A stretch of DNA of 64,000 nt. Origin: Nageia nagi (lineage: Eukaryota > Plantae > Pinophyta). Both the position numbers and the translations under genes were made by a program. How positions within the stretch are numbered: position 1 is the first letter of the stretch; every line of letters begins with the position of its first letter. Positions 49,915 to 63,900 of this stretch are shown here, piece after piece. The notes below the pieces were generated by a model. It did not search any database, was not told where the DNA came from, and was given only the letters and a program-made list of their open reading frames with translations. Where the stretch lies: assembly GCA_050084985.1 (NCBI GenBank), contig JBITNC010000001.1, positions 2,170,001 through 2,234,000 of the forward strand, in the 5' to 3' direction.

Positions 49915-50705
49915 TGTAACATCTCCTTTTATGGGACGTTCTTCTTTAGGAGTGATTTTATACTTATGAGTGTTTATTTATTTATTCCATGTGTAATTAG
50001 GCATCACTATAACTTAGGACAAGAGACATATGGGTCCCATGGATCAATTGTGAGCCTCAAGTGGGATGTCTTCCTCCTAAGAGTAGTTTAGGAGCATTTA
50101 AGTGTCATAATGTGGATCCCAAGGCACAATGCATGCTTAGAGGCTAGGCGCATGGTGTGGTGTGATTCCAAGGCACAATTTGGACACCCAAGCATGATGT
50201 CACCTTGAGGGGTGTGTAAGTGCCCGACCTTGGAGGATTCCTACTTATATGGCTTTTGCAACATTGTGGAGGGATCATCGAGCATATTTTACATCCTCTA
50301 TCTTCAGAGTGGCAATATCATCTCTTGGGCCTCTTAGTTGGACACAAACCCAGCTTGGAGAAGGAGCTAGTGGGACGTAGCCCTCATTAAGTCGTGGCTG
50401 AGGACTAAAATCTTCAGTCCACATCATACTTGCAGTCAGATTCGGGGGTGCGAGGCCCTTGCAGTGAGATGCCAACATTTGGATGATAGTGTGCTTTAGA
50501 TCTGGTCCTTTGAGCCACATGTTAGCCCTCTTGGGCCTATTTGGTTGTATTTTTGATCATCTCTTGCATAATAGTGAGACATTGCCCTTATTTCTCCATT
50601 TCCTCTTGTGCGTGGCATATTTTTGTGGTTTGAATGCTAGATCTATTTCATTTCTTGCCTATTTGCTTAATAATTTTGGAACAAAGAATAGTTTGGTATA
50701 TTACA
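49915..50705 (+). mobile_element. Degenerate family-A-related LTR
   Basis: TGTAACATCTCC start and the motif TGTGAGCCTCAAGTGGGATGTCTTCCTCC shared with family A. No TSD found. Confidence 0.55.
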
Positions 50706-50739
50706 TCAATGTTGTTGCAAATTACTCAGAAAATCATAT

Positions 50740-53700
50740 GTATAACACCCTAGATTATCCAAAAACTCCATAAAATTGATGATATTATATTAAACTAAAT
50801 ATGCCATCACATAGATATAATCATGCAGAACAAGAATATGATATCAAACTCAACATGCAAAGCCTCCTAGAGGCTGACATCACCCTTCTAGGGTTAGAAT
50901 GATGCTGGAGATGATGATAAAATGCTGCAAATAAATCTGATCTGCCCAGATCTGCCCTTATACTGCTGAAATCTGATGTGAGATGCCTCAAACAAGTATA
51001 ATAGCTGATAAAACATGCAACCCTCACTCCCACAATTAATACGTCTGGCCAATAGAGCTGATTTTCACCACAAAACTCCTGTGGTAATTGGGACATCTGC
51101 TTCTAAGAGCTGCCAATAATCTTTCCTGATACAAAATCTGTCTTTGTTCACCCAGAATCTGCTGAAATGTCACTAGATTGGTATTAAACTCTATGGCTAA
51201 TGCTTTCAATAGCTGATTTCTTCAGATATTTGCCCAACAAAGTAATTCAATAATGCTCAAGTGCAAACCCTATGGTGGATTTGCCATTTAAATAACCAAG
51301 GGAGCAGCCCTTGGATTCAATTCAATAGCAAGGGTCAATCTTGTCTATCAAATTGAACTCCTTTGATGTGAGCAATCAGCCCACTTCACACAAAAGATAT
51401 GAGCAAGGATCAGCCTTGTCTCTTAAAATCACTTAGATTCTCCAAGTCATAATTACCAAATAACAAATGCATACCCAAATGAGACGCCTAGCCTCCTTTT
51501 ATAGCATCTTGTTCTAATTCTTCGTTGACTATTCCCAAGGCATACATTATGATTTAAGTTTATATTGCAAATAAAAATAAATATATCTATTATTATGTCT
51601 TCTAAAACATAGTCCCTTTTAGCTCCCTCTTTACTATTTTATTATTTTCTTTTAAATAAAATACCACACTTAGCCACAAAACTTAAAAATGCAAACCATA
51701 CACCACACCACAAATATATACACGAGAGATTAAAATACATCCCTCCCTAAGATTGCTTGTCCTCATGCAATCGAACACAAATAATCCATGGTCAATAATA
51801 ATACCAGGGTCCCAAATTAATCTTAAGAAACATGTATACGACCATTTGAATTCAGTACCCAAAGTGTCAAAGAATGCAATTTTAATTCTGTTTACCACTA
51901 CCTCTGTCTAGTCTTCATTTAAAGTGCCAAAATATGAAGAAAATGGCATACATAACTGTTCCCACTTTGTTATATCATCAGCCCTTGAAATACTTACTGA
52001 AGCACAAGAAATATATTCAATTGCATCACAAATAATTATAACATTATCAACAAACGCTGCCTCATTGAATGCAATGGTCATAACCTTTGAGAGCATCCAG
52101 TAAATGTTCAATGTCTTCAATGCTTCTTCCTATAACAATCCTCATAAATGTAGCCATAATGTTCAATGGAGAATGCACCTCATTTACATTCAATGTGGAT
52201 CAAGAACAATGGTCAACGTTTGATTGTTTTTTACCAATACATGAGTAACATACCTTAGAATGTGAATAGGAAAGTCCTTGTATGCAGCCTCCTGTAGTGC
52301 AACAATAGGAATATCTATCATCATAGAAGTATATTCATCCCATGCATCAGAAACGTTTGTTGCTAACACATTGTTTACTGCTGTGATTGGATCTTGCCCA
52401 CAATAGATGTCAAAAAATGAAGAGTATGGCTGTATATGCATTAAATTTCCATCAGCCAACAAATCAGTTCCTAAAGATGTGAAAACAGTCCCAAGATTGA
52501 CAATAATAATAGGTTTATGCATAACAGAAAATTTATCCTCGTGTGCAGCCTTTGTACAATCAAAAGGTAAATAATCACCTCCCAGATGCTGGTCACTGTT
52601 CACATTATTTAAACAGTCCATCCTCTTTACATCATGATGCTCATATAGTTGTGTAGACAGTTCCTTCCCTTCTCAATTATATGGCTGCCCCATAGCAATG
52701 CTATTCATGTTTTTATTTTCTAAAAACTCTTCCTTTTGATAATCATCACTAAAAAATGCAACAACATTCTCTTTTCTTGCAGCAGCCAATACATTATCAA
52801 ATGCAGTCCAAACTACCGAATTCATAGTCTCTTTTGTTGAAAGAAACTCAGCTCCATACAACATGAAAGATATGGATTATGTCATTGTGTTTATAACAGC
52901 AGTAGGCGTGATCATCATTTCTCCAAATGCACAAACCTGTCCTCCCACAGTCCACATCAAGGCAGTCCTCCAAACGGTCTTCAATAAAAGCCAAACAATC
53001 TTCAACAACAAGTAAGTTGCAACTTTGGACAGCAAACAAAGGTTAGTATCAACAAATGCTAAGGAGGAAACAGTCTTCAATAACGGAAAGGATACAACCT
53101 TGGGCCACATACACGAAGAAGTCACAACAGTCCCAAACAACATGATCAAACCAAACTCCAAACTCCAACTTTAAGCAAAAGACTGTCTCACACATTAGGC
53201 CACAAACATCTTCAAACATGCTCAAAGTTGCAGCCCCAAAAGTCAAAGAATTTACAACCAATATTGTCATGAGTAGGGTCCCATCCTTATGTTCTATCAG
53301 TAATTAAACCTTCTCAGCCCAATACTTCATCAAAAATGTCTCTTCATTTTTCAACATAATTACAGTTTCTAAGATGGATGCAGTCTTAGCCATTAATGGT
53401 GATTTTTTCCTAACAATTTTATTCATGACAAAATCTCCAAAACACAACATACTGCTATCATCAGAATTCATGACATACATTTTTGCAATATTTTGTTTTA
53501 TTGCTGGCCACAACTTCTCCTGATGTTTAAGTCCTCCCTCATCATACTTTGGTACCAAAACACCTGGATCCCAAGGAGCTAAGAGTTGATCTGAGAGAGT
53601 ATAGTGATCCTTATGATGAATTAATTCATCATTCTTCAAAATCAAAGGGCTGGAACTATTTTGCATGCTGCCGTTGAAGTATTTAGTTTGGTGATCCACC

Positions 53701-54050
53701 ATCTCATATTCCTCATTACCACAAAATGATTTGAAAACCTGAATATTTCCATCATGCTTTGCCATAATAGACCTGTTACCATCATTAGCTATGTCCTCAA
53801 CAAATGTAGGTGTACCAAAATTCGAAGGAAACATTTTGGGTTTCTACTACATGTACCTCAAGTGGCAATGCATGAGTGATCTTAACAATGCAATTACTTG
53901 TATCATCTTCACCAGTACCATCAAGGGGTGCCATTGTCAGAATTCCCATGCACCCTTTCATCAACAGTAGTTGCATGCATTTCTAAGGAGTTATTTTGCG
54001 ATTCTTTAATACATACCTCATGATATAGGGTATTTTCTTCATGTGAAGAT
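50740..54050 (-). mobile_element. Old degenerate gypsy-like element: 3' LTR ~50740-51735 and decayed internal ORF
   Basis: Minus strand GAGGACAAGCAATCTTAGGGAGGG (PPT region as in family A) precedes an LTR ending GGGTGTTATA. Run of broken minus ORFs with two WDPG motifs. No catalytic domains recognised. Confidence 0.55.
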
Positions 54051-54052
54051 TC

Positions 54053-54300
54053 TGTTGTGACTAAAACACACCATTCCCCAAAATCGTAGGATTTTGGGGA
54101 CCCTCAACACCCCATGTGAATACATTGTCATGTTGTTGTCTCGTCTAGTCCAAGTAATGTCGCAAGACCCAAATTCAATGTTGAATCCCCTAGGTTCAAG
54201 CCTCATCCTTCGCTTGGGCTTAGTCATACGACTCATACCAAGCTAAAAATTTGAAATTCCTCAAAAATGGCTAAGTTTTGAAAATCAAAAGGCGGCCTCA
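54053..54300 (+). mobile_element. 5' fragment of a long LTR
   Basis: TGTTGTG...CCCCAAAATCGTAGGATTTTGGGGACCCT start motif. Confidence 0.6.
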
Positions 54301-54309
54301 GGTGAACCA

Positions 54310-55630
54310 GGAGAGTTCAGATTTCTCCAATCTGTATCACCAACAAAGATATATCTCCCCTTAAATTTGGCTTCAGGGAATTTTGGTCTCTCTCTCTCTC
54401 TTGAAATTCAATCAAGCTTTCTTTCAAAAGCTGGGCCATCTGGTTCTTAGTCACATGTCTCTCGAATAAATGTCCTTGAACTTTCTTGGCTTTTGATGGA
54501 GGTGGTCTAATTTTAGAAGCCACGCAGGAATGTCTGAAAATGCCCCCAAGAGAACTTAAGGACAAGCCTGGATGCTGTGAAGGATGCAACAGGAAAGAGC
54601 CAAACATGCAGGTTTGGGGTGCAGGACGTCCAACACATCTTAGCCAAATTTCAAGTCATGTTGAGGCCCAATTCCTGGTCGCATATTTTTAGAAGAGTAC
54701 AAAAGCATGCACCTTAAACCTTGCGCCTGGCCTTTTCTTCTAAATTCCAAACACTTTGCCAATTTTACTCCTGGGCCAGAACGTCTATGATTGGGTGCAT
54801 GATTTGGGAGGGGTGTTTTTTCATGTACAACAAATGATGCTACTAGGGTTTGGTACACCTCTCGAGACTAGAAATTTCAAAAACAAGTGAAAAATGACTT
54901 AAAAATGCAAATTTGAAACAAGTCGCACGTTTTGGGGGATGTGCTTTTCTCCTTTAGCTCCACATAATGCTCTAGACAACCTTCCAAACAAGATGACTAA
55001 GGCTGACCTTCCCTTTTATAACCTTCTTGTATAGGACAGGTGTCATCATGTGATTGGCGCAAGAAGAGGTCAAATGCATGTGCTTACACTTGTCAACAAT
55101 CCGAGCCCAACACTTAACCAAATTTCATCTTGTGAATCTGGTCGCATGGTTTTGGGTGGGTGCAAAAGCACATACTTGAAAACATGTGGCTGGCCTTGCA
55201 AACTCCAAAAATGGCTAAGTCTTCTTCTTCCTGGTCGCATGGTTTGAGTTGGGTGCAAAAGCACACACCTGAAAACATGCGACTAGGCCTTTACCCAAAA
55301 AAAATGCTAAGTATGAGAGCTCCTAGTTCTAGTTGCACCGTTTTGGTGACATGCAAAAGCGTGTCCCTCAAAACATGTGACTGGCTGAAAAACATGTTTT
55401 TATCTTGAAATTTGACCAAGATGACCTTAAATACGAAATGCAATGAAAGAGAAATGAACTTTTGCAGCATGAGGGACCTGAAAGTGCAATTTTAAGTCTG
55501 AAAAATGCAGGTATGCAGTATGAAAATGCACACATTTCCTTTAGACAAAAATTTACTTCCATACATTGTTTTTTTATTTTCGAGGGTCCTCAAAATGCAA
55601 AATTTTGGGGAGTGTTGTGCAGGCACAACA
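54310..55630 (-). mobile_element. 5' part of a family-C LTR with palindrome array and N-terminus of the embedded ORF
   Basis: Colinear with ~23400-25160. Encodes HLFERHVTKNQMAQLLKESLIEFQ, versus QLFERHMTKS*MTRPLKESLIEFQ in the long copy. Confidence 0.8.
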
Positions 55631-57359
55631 GAACTCAATTATATTCATTATTGAAATATATTTCACATTTATTATATATATGGAAATCTACCTAACTTAT
55701 AATAAATGTGAAATCTACCTAACTTAAAAGGTAGGTGGATAATTACAAAATAGATGCTAAAGATAAATGCCTACAAAAAGGTATAAACACCCATCCGTTA
55801 TCTTTATATGATGGGTTGCTGACCTTGAAAATCACTAGTAGGCAACATGCAAGGGGCACTTCAGCTTGATCCTGCAAGAAGATTATCACTGTTGGTCTCT
55901 GCTAGGAGATTACAAAAGTTGAAGGATTGGTCAATGAGGGGCCCGCGTTGACCAAGTCATCACCAAAAGTTTAGGTCACCCTATAACATCCACTTTGAAA
56001 TCGACAACTCAATTTTCTGGCCCAGCAATAGGTGAATCAAGCAAAGCCAATCAGCCAAACTTGACTAAGTCCTATATTTGGCGATCCACACACTTTTATC
56101 CAGTCACGTGTGAAAAAGCAAAGGTAGGCAATTGCAGAGTTCAGCCTATAATAGACCGGAGTATGGTAGGTCCCCATTAAATCTCATAAATTAAGGTTGG
56201 AAAATTGATTTTTCAGTTCTCTTATTGTATTTGTTGTTTTGTATCAAACTTTTGGGCAACATAAATTTGCAATCCTGAAGTAGTTTGCCTTTGGTTGCTT
56301 GTATTTAGTTGTTCTGTTATTGTGGAAGCTGTGAATCATTGCAAAAATCTCAATGGAGAAAATTATTTGATCAAGAAAGATGGAATTATGATTTCCCTTA
56401 CTTCCTTCAAAGGGCAAATAAAGACCTCTGCGATATTAAGAGGAAGTTTTTTTTTTCCAGAACTAAGGTACATGATGAAAATCATGATGAAAGAAAGCTT
56501 TAAACTTTAAAGAAACAAAAGGAATGTGGTTGAGATTGATAATCTCACCATTATTACAATCCAATCTTTAAATCACAAATCTAACTAGAATAGATGTTTG
56601 AATACTATCTTAACATAGTAGACACCATTTATACGAATCAAAGACTCTAACCAAATCAACCTAATCTATTCAAGATTACTTTTTAACTTTGTAAGTATTT
56701 GTCAAACTTGTAGAGTTTGACTACTATGGTTTCCTCTGCTTCGTCTAGTGACTATATTGTGTGAATGTTGCTCATGTAAAACTTAAGCAAATATGCCTAA
56801 AAGTAATTTTTTAAATTTTATTTTTGGTACCACTAGGATGTTTTCTTTGGGGTATTCTTCCATCCCCTTGTTTGTTTTCTTTCTAATTTTTCTTCGTTGG
56901 GATGTATATCAAACTGTTGATTGTGAGACTCCAAATTTTCAATCAATTCCTTTCCCTGAAGCCAAATTTCAAAGGACCTCTTGTGAAATATTTTCAGGAG
57001 AAAGCATCCAATATTATAAACCATTTAGGCTGCTTTAGATTTTGGATATTAGATTCTTTGTTTCTTTTTCCACAAAGCTTAATGCAACCTTTAGATCTTT
57101 CTTATATCTCTTGAAGGTATCTTGAGCTTTGAAATATTTTCTAATTCACCAATTACATTGGTCTAATATGAGGGCTTCCTCTTGCCCATGGAAGGGGAAT
57201 CAACATGATTCTTGGGAAAACTCTTGTTCCTGCATTCCTCAACTCTCATAAAGAAGGCTTACAAGTGTACCCAAACGCGTAACATATAGAAATTCAGAAT
57301 TGAATTAGGGTCTAATACTCACTTATGGCATGGAACTCTTCCTCAAAACAAGTAGAAGG

Positions 57360-57850
57360 TGTTATGCCCGAACGACACACCTCAAAATAGAAGATTTTGG
57401 GGACCCTATTTTTGCAAATTTGACAACACGATTTTAAGCAAGACAATGAAGGGGAACGATTTGGATGACAGAGGATTGATCATGAGTGTTTTGAAAGAGA
57501 GGATATTGCTCAAATTGGTGCACAAAGGCTCTTCATGGGACGTTGTGAGATGGTTCAATGTGCTAGACTATCAATTTTGGAGCTTTTAGGATTCTTAACT
57601 CCAAAGAATGACGTTTCTAAGTAGTGAGCATAGTTTTGAAGTTTGGCCAAGTGCAAAATGGGAAATTAAGTTACTTTGCTCTTGAAAATGGTCAAGGGAT
57701 GAAGAGATACACATATTGAAATTAAGGCTTGATAGCATGAGATTGTAGAAAAGACAAAATGAGGTGTATTTGGGCTTGGAACTTTTTGAAAAGGATCAAA
57801 GATGCTTCCTAAGCTCGGTGCGCTCTGCGTAGTGTTCCTGATGATATGCT
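57360..57850 (+). mobile_element. 5' fragment of a family-D-like LTR
   Basis: TGTTATG...CAAAATAGAAGATTTTGGGGACCCTATTTTT, similar to the start at 46749. Right boundary approximate. Confidence 0.6.
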
Positions 57851-57949
57851 TCAAAGATCATAATAATTTTTGCTTTTTTTTTTTGCAAATGAGAGGACAC
57901 TCAACACACTATTTACACTATAGTACAACCCCAAGGGGCTTAATGTGTA

Positions 57950-60900
57950 ATTGATACCCCTCTCAAAAATCTTGTTTTGGTCTCCACCTAAAGGAGTGCA
58001 CTGTATGTTTTGATCCCCATATAGCATGCCTCTAGGATGAATGGATGATTGTAGTAGAAGTCTTGAGTGCATCCATGAGAATGTATCGTGCGTACATGAA
58101 GCACTAATCTTTATGAAAATCCTTTGAATGAAATGATATAAGCTATTAATAAGAACAAGCAAAATACTTTCTTTCATGGGAACCTCAAAGTAAGGAGTAT
58201 CATCTATTATGCATGTTGTTGGTATACCACTTTTGTTTGCGACTACCATATGACCTTGACTCTCGCCATCTACAACCTCCTCTCCACCAAAAGACCGGAA
58301 GTATGAGCATCTGGGCATAAGGAGAGTCGGACTGTAAGGTCTGAATCTCTAGGAGTCCAATTCAAGTTTTGATATCACCAGTTCAGGTTTTTCCAACACA
58401 TATCTAGGTTTCATCTCTATTTTTTCATCTTCATGTATCAAGAAGTAATGACCAGTGATATCATCAATGCCTATAACTTGATATTCTTCTATGTATGCCC
58501 ATTCTTGCACATGAACAACAAGAGCATATCTAATATCCTGTTGTGACAATTCTTGAGCCTAGATAAACAAGGAATCTTCTATATCATCAATCTCTAAGCC
58601 AAGAGGCTCATCCATAATGGGCTTTTATTCTAGTTCACCTTGGTTTTCATTCTTTAGTAGCAATGAATAGTCACTATGGATGATAGCAACATCTTCAAGT
58701 TGCCCTTCATCCTGGCATATGGAATTATTTTCAAAGTATACACTATGAGTTCAACTCTTGATCCGTTTTATCTCTATTATTGTCTCCTTCCAGTTGCAGT
58801 TTACTTAACCAATTATTTGATCCCGAGCAATCAGATAGATCTTCTTTCAATTCTTTGAACTCCAACTCTGGAAACAACTCTACTGAAGGTGATCAATCCA
58901 TCGTATCTCCACTCACATGTGGGGTCGATGATTCATTTGTTCTCACACTTAGGTCTTTAATAGCATGTAGCTCAAAGAGTGGATTCTCAACATCCAACTT
59001 GTCATCCATTTTAAACAATGGGTTGTCCATAAATTGATAGTTATCTTCATGCTCCCACCGGGGAATCAGCTCATGATTAAGTTTGTCATCAACACTCTTT
59101 TCTTCCCACATCTCTTTATTTAACTGATCTCTTGAAGAGGGATAAGTGATGGAATCATCTGCAAAGGCCTCTTCATGTAAGGATCCCATAGAATGATGAT
59201 TCACCTTGGAAGAGCCATCATATTGTGTGTCTGACTCCTTATGTCCATTCTCTTCCTTGTCTTCATCCACTGGGAGGGTAAGATATTCATGTTCTTTGAA
59301 GACATGTATTCATTCTTTACCAAATATGGCGGAGACAAAACTTGAAATATCAAGCACGCAGATGTCCACAAAATACAAAAACGGTGATCCCATAGGATGC
59401 ATGGGAACATTCTTTAAAATACCCATCATTTGAAAGTACCATCAACACCTATTGTGTCCTTCTCATCTGCTACTAATGGGACAAATCCAACATCCTTACA
59501 AGCTTCATATGTCATCAACTCCATTCTGAAGCTTACTGTACAATTGGTAAACTTTTTGTCCTTTAGGCACACAGTGTTGTAAATTCATGCCTTTGAGCTT
59601 CTTGAGCATTCTCTTCTTCATATTTTGGGTCAAGTAGTTCTTTTGGTTGTGATGCCATGGGTGAGAAGTTTTCTTTAGGGTACTCATCCTTAGCTTCATC
59701 ATCGTAATGTCTCTCCACTCCCATCTGGTCGGGTTCATCCTCGAAGAAAAATTCAAAGGCAAGATCTGGGTCTAATATGTCTTCACATGTGGGTTCGGTT
59801 GTCCTTCGATCTTCCTCACGGGAGTGGTTATTGACATCTTTTTCACTATCTTCCTCTCCATTTTTTGATGGCTCAATAGGTGGGGGAAGATATTCTATCC
59901 AGAGGAATCCCCATTCCTTGCTAAAAAAGATCGAGCAAGCATCCTTACATGGCACATCAATTACAAAGATATCCAATGAATATTGTTTTTCTTATCCTAT
60001 GGCTCGTATATAAAAATTGTTCAACACTCCTACTATTCATACATCGCCATCAGAACATCTAGAAATTTTGTTGTAAGGTTTTATAGTAAGACCAGCTCCA
60101 CGACATACCGTAGATGACATAAAGCTCCATTTGGAATCAAGATTTACCTTACAACCATGAAAGATTTAGTTTTCGGGGGACAATTCTATAGAGAATGAAG
60201 GGATTGGTGTGCGTCTTTATTTTGAATAGACTTTTTGAATGGGAAAGGATTGAGTTGCTCATTCACCTTGCTATCTTCACCACCTTCACATACATTGAGG
60301 CTCGAGGGATCGAAGAGGTCCAAGGAATGGACCCATTTTTTACCCAATCGGATTGGAGTTGGGCATATATCCTTTGTTATGTCTACCACCACGAAGTCCA
60401 GAGAGCTTTCCATTTCTGACCCCATGGCTTGCACACAAACATTCTCTACTATTCCAACCATCTGTGCATGGACATGTTCCTGGAGGCCTAGGATTCGGAT
60501 GGGAATGAGTTGAATTTCACGACAGGTGGCAATTGTTATGAGATTGCGATTGCAGCGAGTATCTACCACACAATTATGAAATTGTTTTCCTTTAAGGCAC
60601 AAAGATATCATGTTTAGCTAATGCTCTTTCTTCTCTTCTTGGATAACTTCTTCTTTCGGGCTCAACTCTTGTAGCATGAGACATTCAGCCTTATAATTTA
60701 ACTCTTTATGTTGTTTTCTCTGGAACACTAGTTGGAATTGAGCAGGCTGTGGAGGAGGTGCATGGGCACCATGTTCAGGTCTTCTATTTATCATTTGTTC
60801 TTTCTTTAGATGTTCTACATCATCTCTTAATTCCCACAAGGCACCCTTTATTCGATCCAATTTCTCATCTTGCATGCGTTGCATGAGTGCATAACTTCGT

Positions 60901-63900
60901 CTCCACCATCTTTCTGTAGAACATTCAAAAATGTCAGACCTAGGAGTATCGGGTGAGTTTGGAAGATTTTTAGGATCATCAGAGATGGAATAAGCTGCTT
61001 ATATTGGTGCAACTTGATCGGTTGTGTGCTTCCATGTGTTGGATTGATGTTGTCATGTTGGTTGCATTGGCCATGATTGTTGTTTGGAATTAATAGCTTG
61101 AACGAGTGCTTGTTGTAGGACCTAATTTAAGTCAGCAGTCCCAGGGTTGAATTCAAATATGCCTGGTAACTTATGTGAGGTGGTATATATGTAGACGAAG
61201 CATATGGTTGTCCTTGACAGTTCCCTGGTACACTTGCCAACCACCATGGTGTGGTTGCCATGATTGTACAATATGATGGTTATGGAAACCATCAAAGAAT
61301 GTGTCTCCAGGACTTAGAGTGTGTGCTTGCGGTGTTCTGGAGAGAAGGGCTTGGATCTCTTGTTTGGTGTATGTATTTACTTAAAGGACCCAAGTAAAAA
61401 AGAGGAACAATTCTTATGAGATACAAAGATAGTTCAAGCCCTCCTTCTAGCACCAATTTATGCTGGGGGCTTTTTCTTTCCTAACTTGCTAATGGGCAAA
61501 TGAGCTTGCAAGGTTTGTAGAAAGACACCAACACCTTAGTGATAGGGCGTGACCCCTACCCACCATCAAAGGTCTCGTGATGGGGTGTGCGAGAGGTTGC
61601 TCAGGAGACTGGTTGAGATGTTTGAAGCTGTTCCCAACTCAAATATCATTTGTTAATCAAGGGCTCAAAGGGTCCTTGTCTCTAGGAAGTGATTGTTCTT
61701 CAAACAAAATAAAAAAGGTGGGTTGCGAAAGCTGCGCAAAAAAATGAAAAATAAAGAAAAAGATCGAGTAGACAATGATATGTAAGTTCAACACAAAAGT
61801 TCAATGATCTCGCCAACTAGTACAGGTTTTAAGAGTCAACTCACATAGGCTTGTCATGGGTTCCACGCACTTCGTGTCCGACTTGCTAGTCAACAACACG
61901 AATGACCTAACAAGAGGAGCTTGACACTAAGGCGATGAGGATAAATAGTGAGTCGTGGGTAGAGCTTAGATGTGCGAGTGAAGTTCCTATTCTAAGCGAC
62001 ATATGGGAGCCATCTCAAAGTGTACAAGTCTATAATGCAAACTATGAATTCTTAAACAATCATATACTTCTTGCGATACTTCTAAAAATGTTCAAGCACT
62101 CTTTTGTCCACCTTAAGCAAGATTTACAAAATGCACCAAGTATTCAAGACAGCATAAGATAGTAACAACCATTCACATTAATAGTTCCAAAATGAGAGCA
62201 TTCACTATTCAATTGCTTGGAATATATCACATTCACAAATTGAGAGAACTTGCAAGCTTGAAAGTATTAGGTAATTTATCCAATTTGCAAAATGTCTAAT
62301 CCCTTACAAATGAGCCCAAATGGGCTATACATAGTTTCTTTGGCAATCCTAGATGTTGCCCTAACCCTAATTCCAAAATACGAGAAAATACACATTGTTC
62401 AATCACAGATTGCCACATGGCATTACAAAGTTTCTTCCAAACTCATGGGAGCAAATCCTCATCCATCACGAGTTTGGGAATTGAATAATAAATATAATAA
62501 TAAAGTTTTTCATCAAAATAAACATCATGTTCTTGAAAATAAAAATAAACTTGCAAATTTTGACTAAGATGACGGTGGGCCCAAAGCCATAACTTGTCCC
62601 TCGAAATCCTCATCCAAGAATTTCATTGAGTTCCAATCCACGCAACATCTCTGACATCTTCGGCCCATTCTCAGCAACACAACATCCAACTTCTGCAATT
62701 AGACTATGGATCTCAATGGAAGTAGTCATGATGCTCAAGTAGATGATGGGATTCTCCATGAGTGATGCATGGGTCTTCTAGGGATAAGGCCCCCCAACGT
62801 TGTTTGTCTTGTCCCCTAATTCTTTGTGCAATCCCTAAGATAAAATGGGACGGATTCCAAACTCAAAAACTAGTCTTCTTCAATTTTGGCGCAAGTGTAG
62901 AAAAGGAATGCAATTTGTATTTGAGAAAATGAGGTCTTCAAGCTTGAATTTATGGCTGGATTTGGTCTCCAAGAAAACCCCAGTCGGCTAGGTCAAAGGG
63001 GGAAAACGCATCTTAGCCATCCAACTAGCCGATCTTGGGATGTGTGTCTGCATCAAATTTCATGTTGAGTTGGGCAAGACCAAATGTGGGGGTTCCAAGG
63101 CACCTTCAAGCTTGGCGCATGCCTAGAAAAGACAAGATTTTGTCTTTCTGGATCATACGCCAGCCTTGGGGATGAATGCTCTTTCCAAGTTGGCTTTCCT
63201 TGATCCTTGCTCGTTCAACTTGACCCTGAAGCTCTTCCTAAGACATGTTCTTGCCTGATTTTTGCTCTTTCTGGGGTCTAGGCTCGTCAATTTTGATCTT
63301 TAAGCTCGACTTGGACACTCCCCAAGCTTGGCGCATGGTTCAAAAAGTAACGTTTTTGTCTTTTGGAATCATGAGCCAGTCTCTCCAGCCTTTCCAATTT
63401 GAGCGCATGATTCAAAAAGACAAGATTTTGTCTTTCTGAGGCATGCGCCAGGTTGTAGATGGCCAAATTTGTCTTTTTGTGAGTTCCTACTTCTGTGCCT
63501 TAGCCAAATTTTCATGATTTTCTCCTCCTAAAGGCTTCGTGGGTCTAGTGCACGATTTAAAAAGTCAAGATCCTATTTTTTGAAATCATGCGCTAGCCCT
63601 TCTGGAGTTGTTGGAGCTGATCTTGGGGTTCGGGCTTCATGCCTTGGCCAAATTTTGTCTTTCGGGTGAATTGGAAGCCTTTCTAGGTTGGGCGTATGGT
63701 TCAAGAAGGCAAGATTTTATCTTTTTGAGGCATGCATCAGCCTCCTGGATGCTTGGGTTTGACTTCATCATTCTCGAACTTGTTCTGTTCTTCCTCCCAG
63801 CTTGATTGTATGGTTCAAAAAGACAAGATTTTGTCTTTTGAAATCATGTGCTAGCCTTGAAATGCCTTCTACTTGTCTTTTCCGAGCTTGATTTTGATCT

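Noticed and set aside
51683-53834. Host gene on the minus strand
   Set aside because: Fragmented ORFs run into a PPT and LTR, with no splice structure or recognisable domain.
61431-61455. tRNA-Asn gene
   Set aside because: Only the 3'-terminal ~20 nt including CCA are present, adjacent to an LTR end, so it is a primer-binding site.
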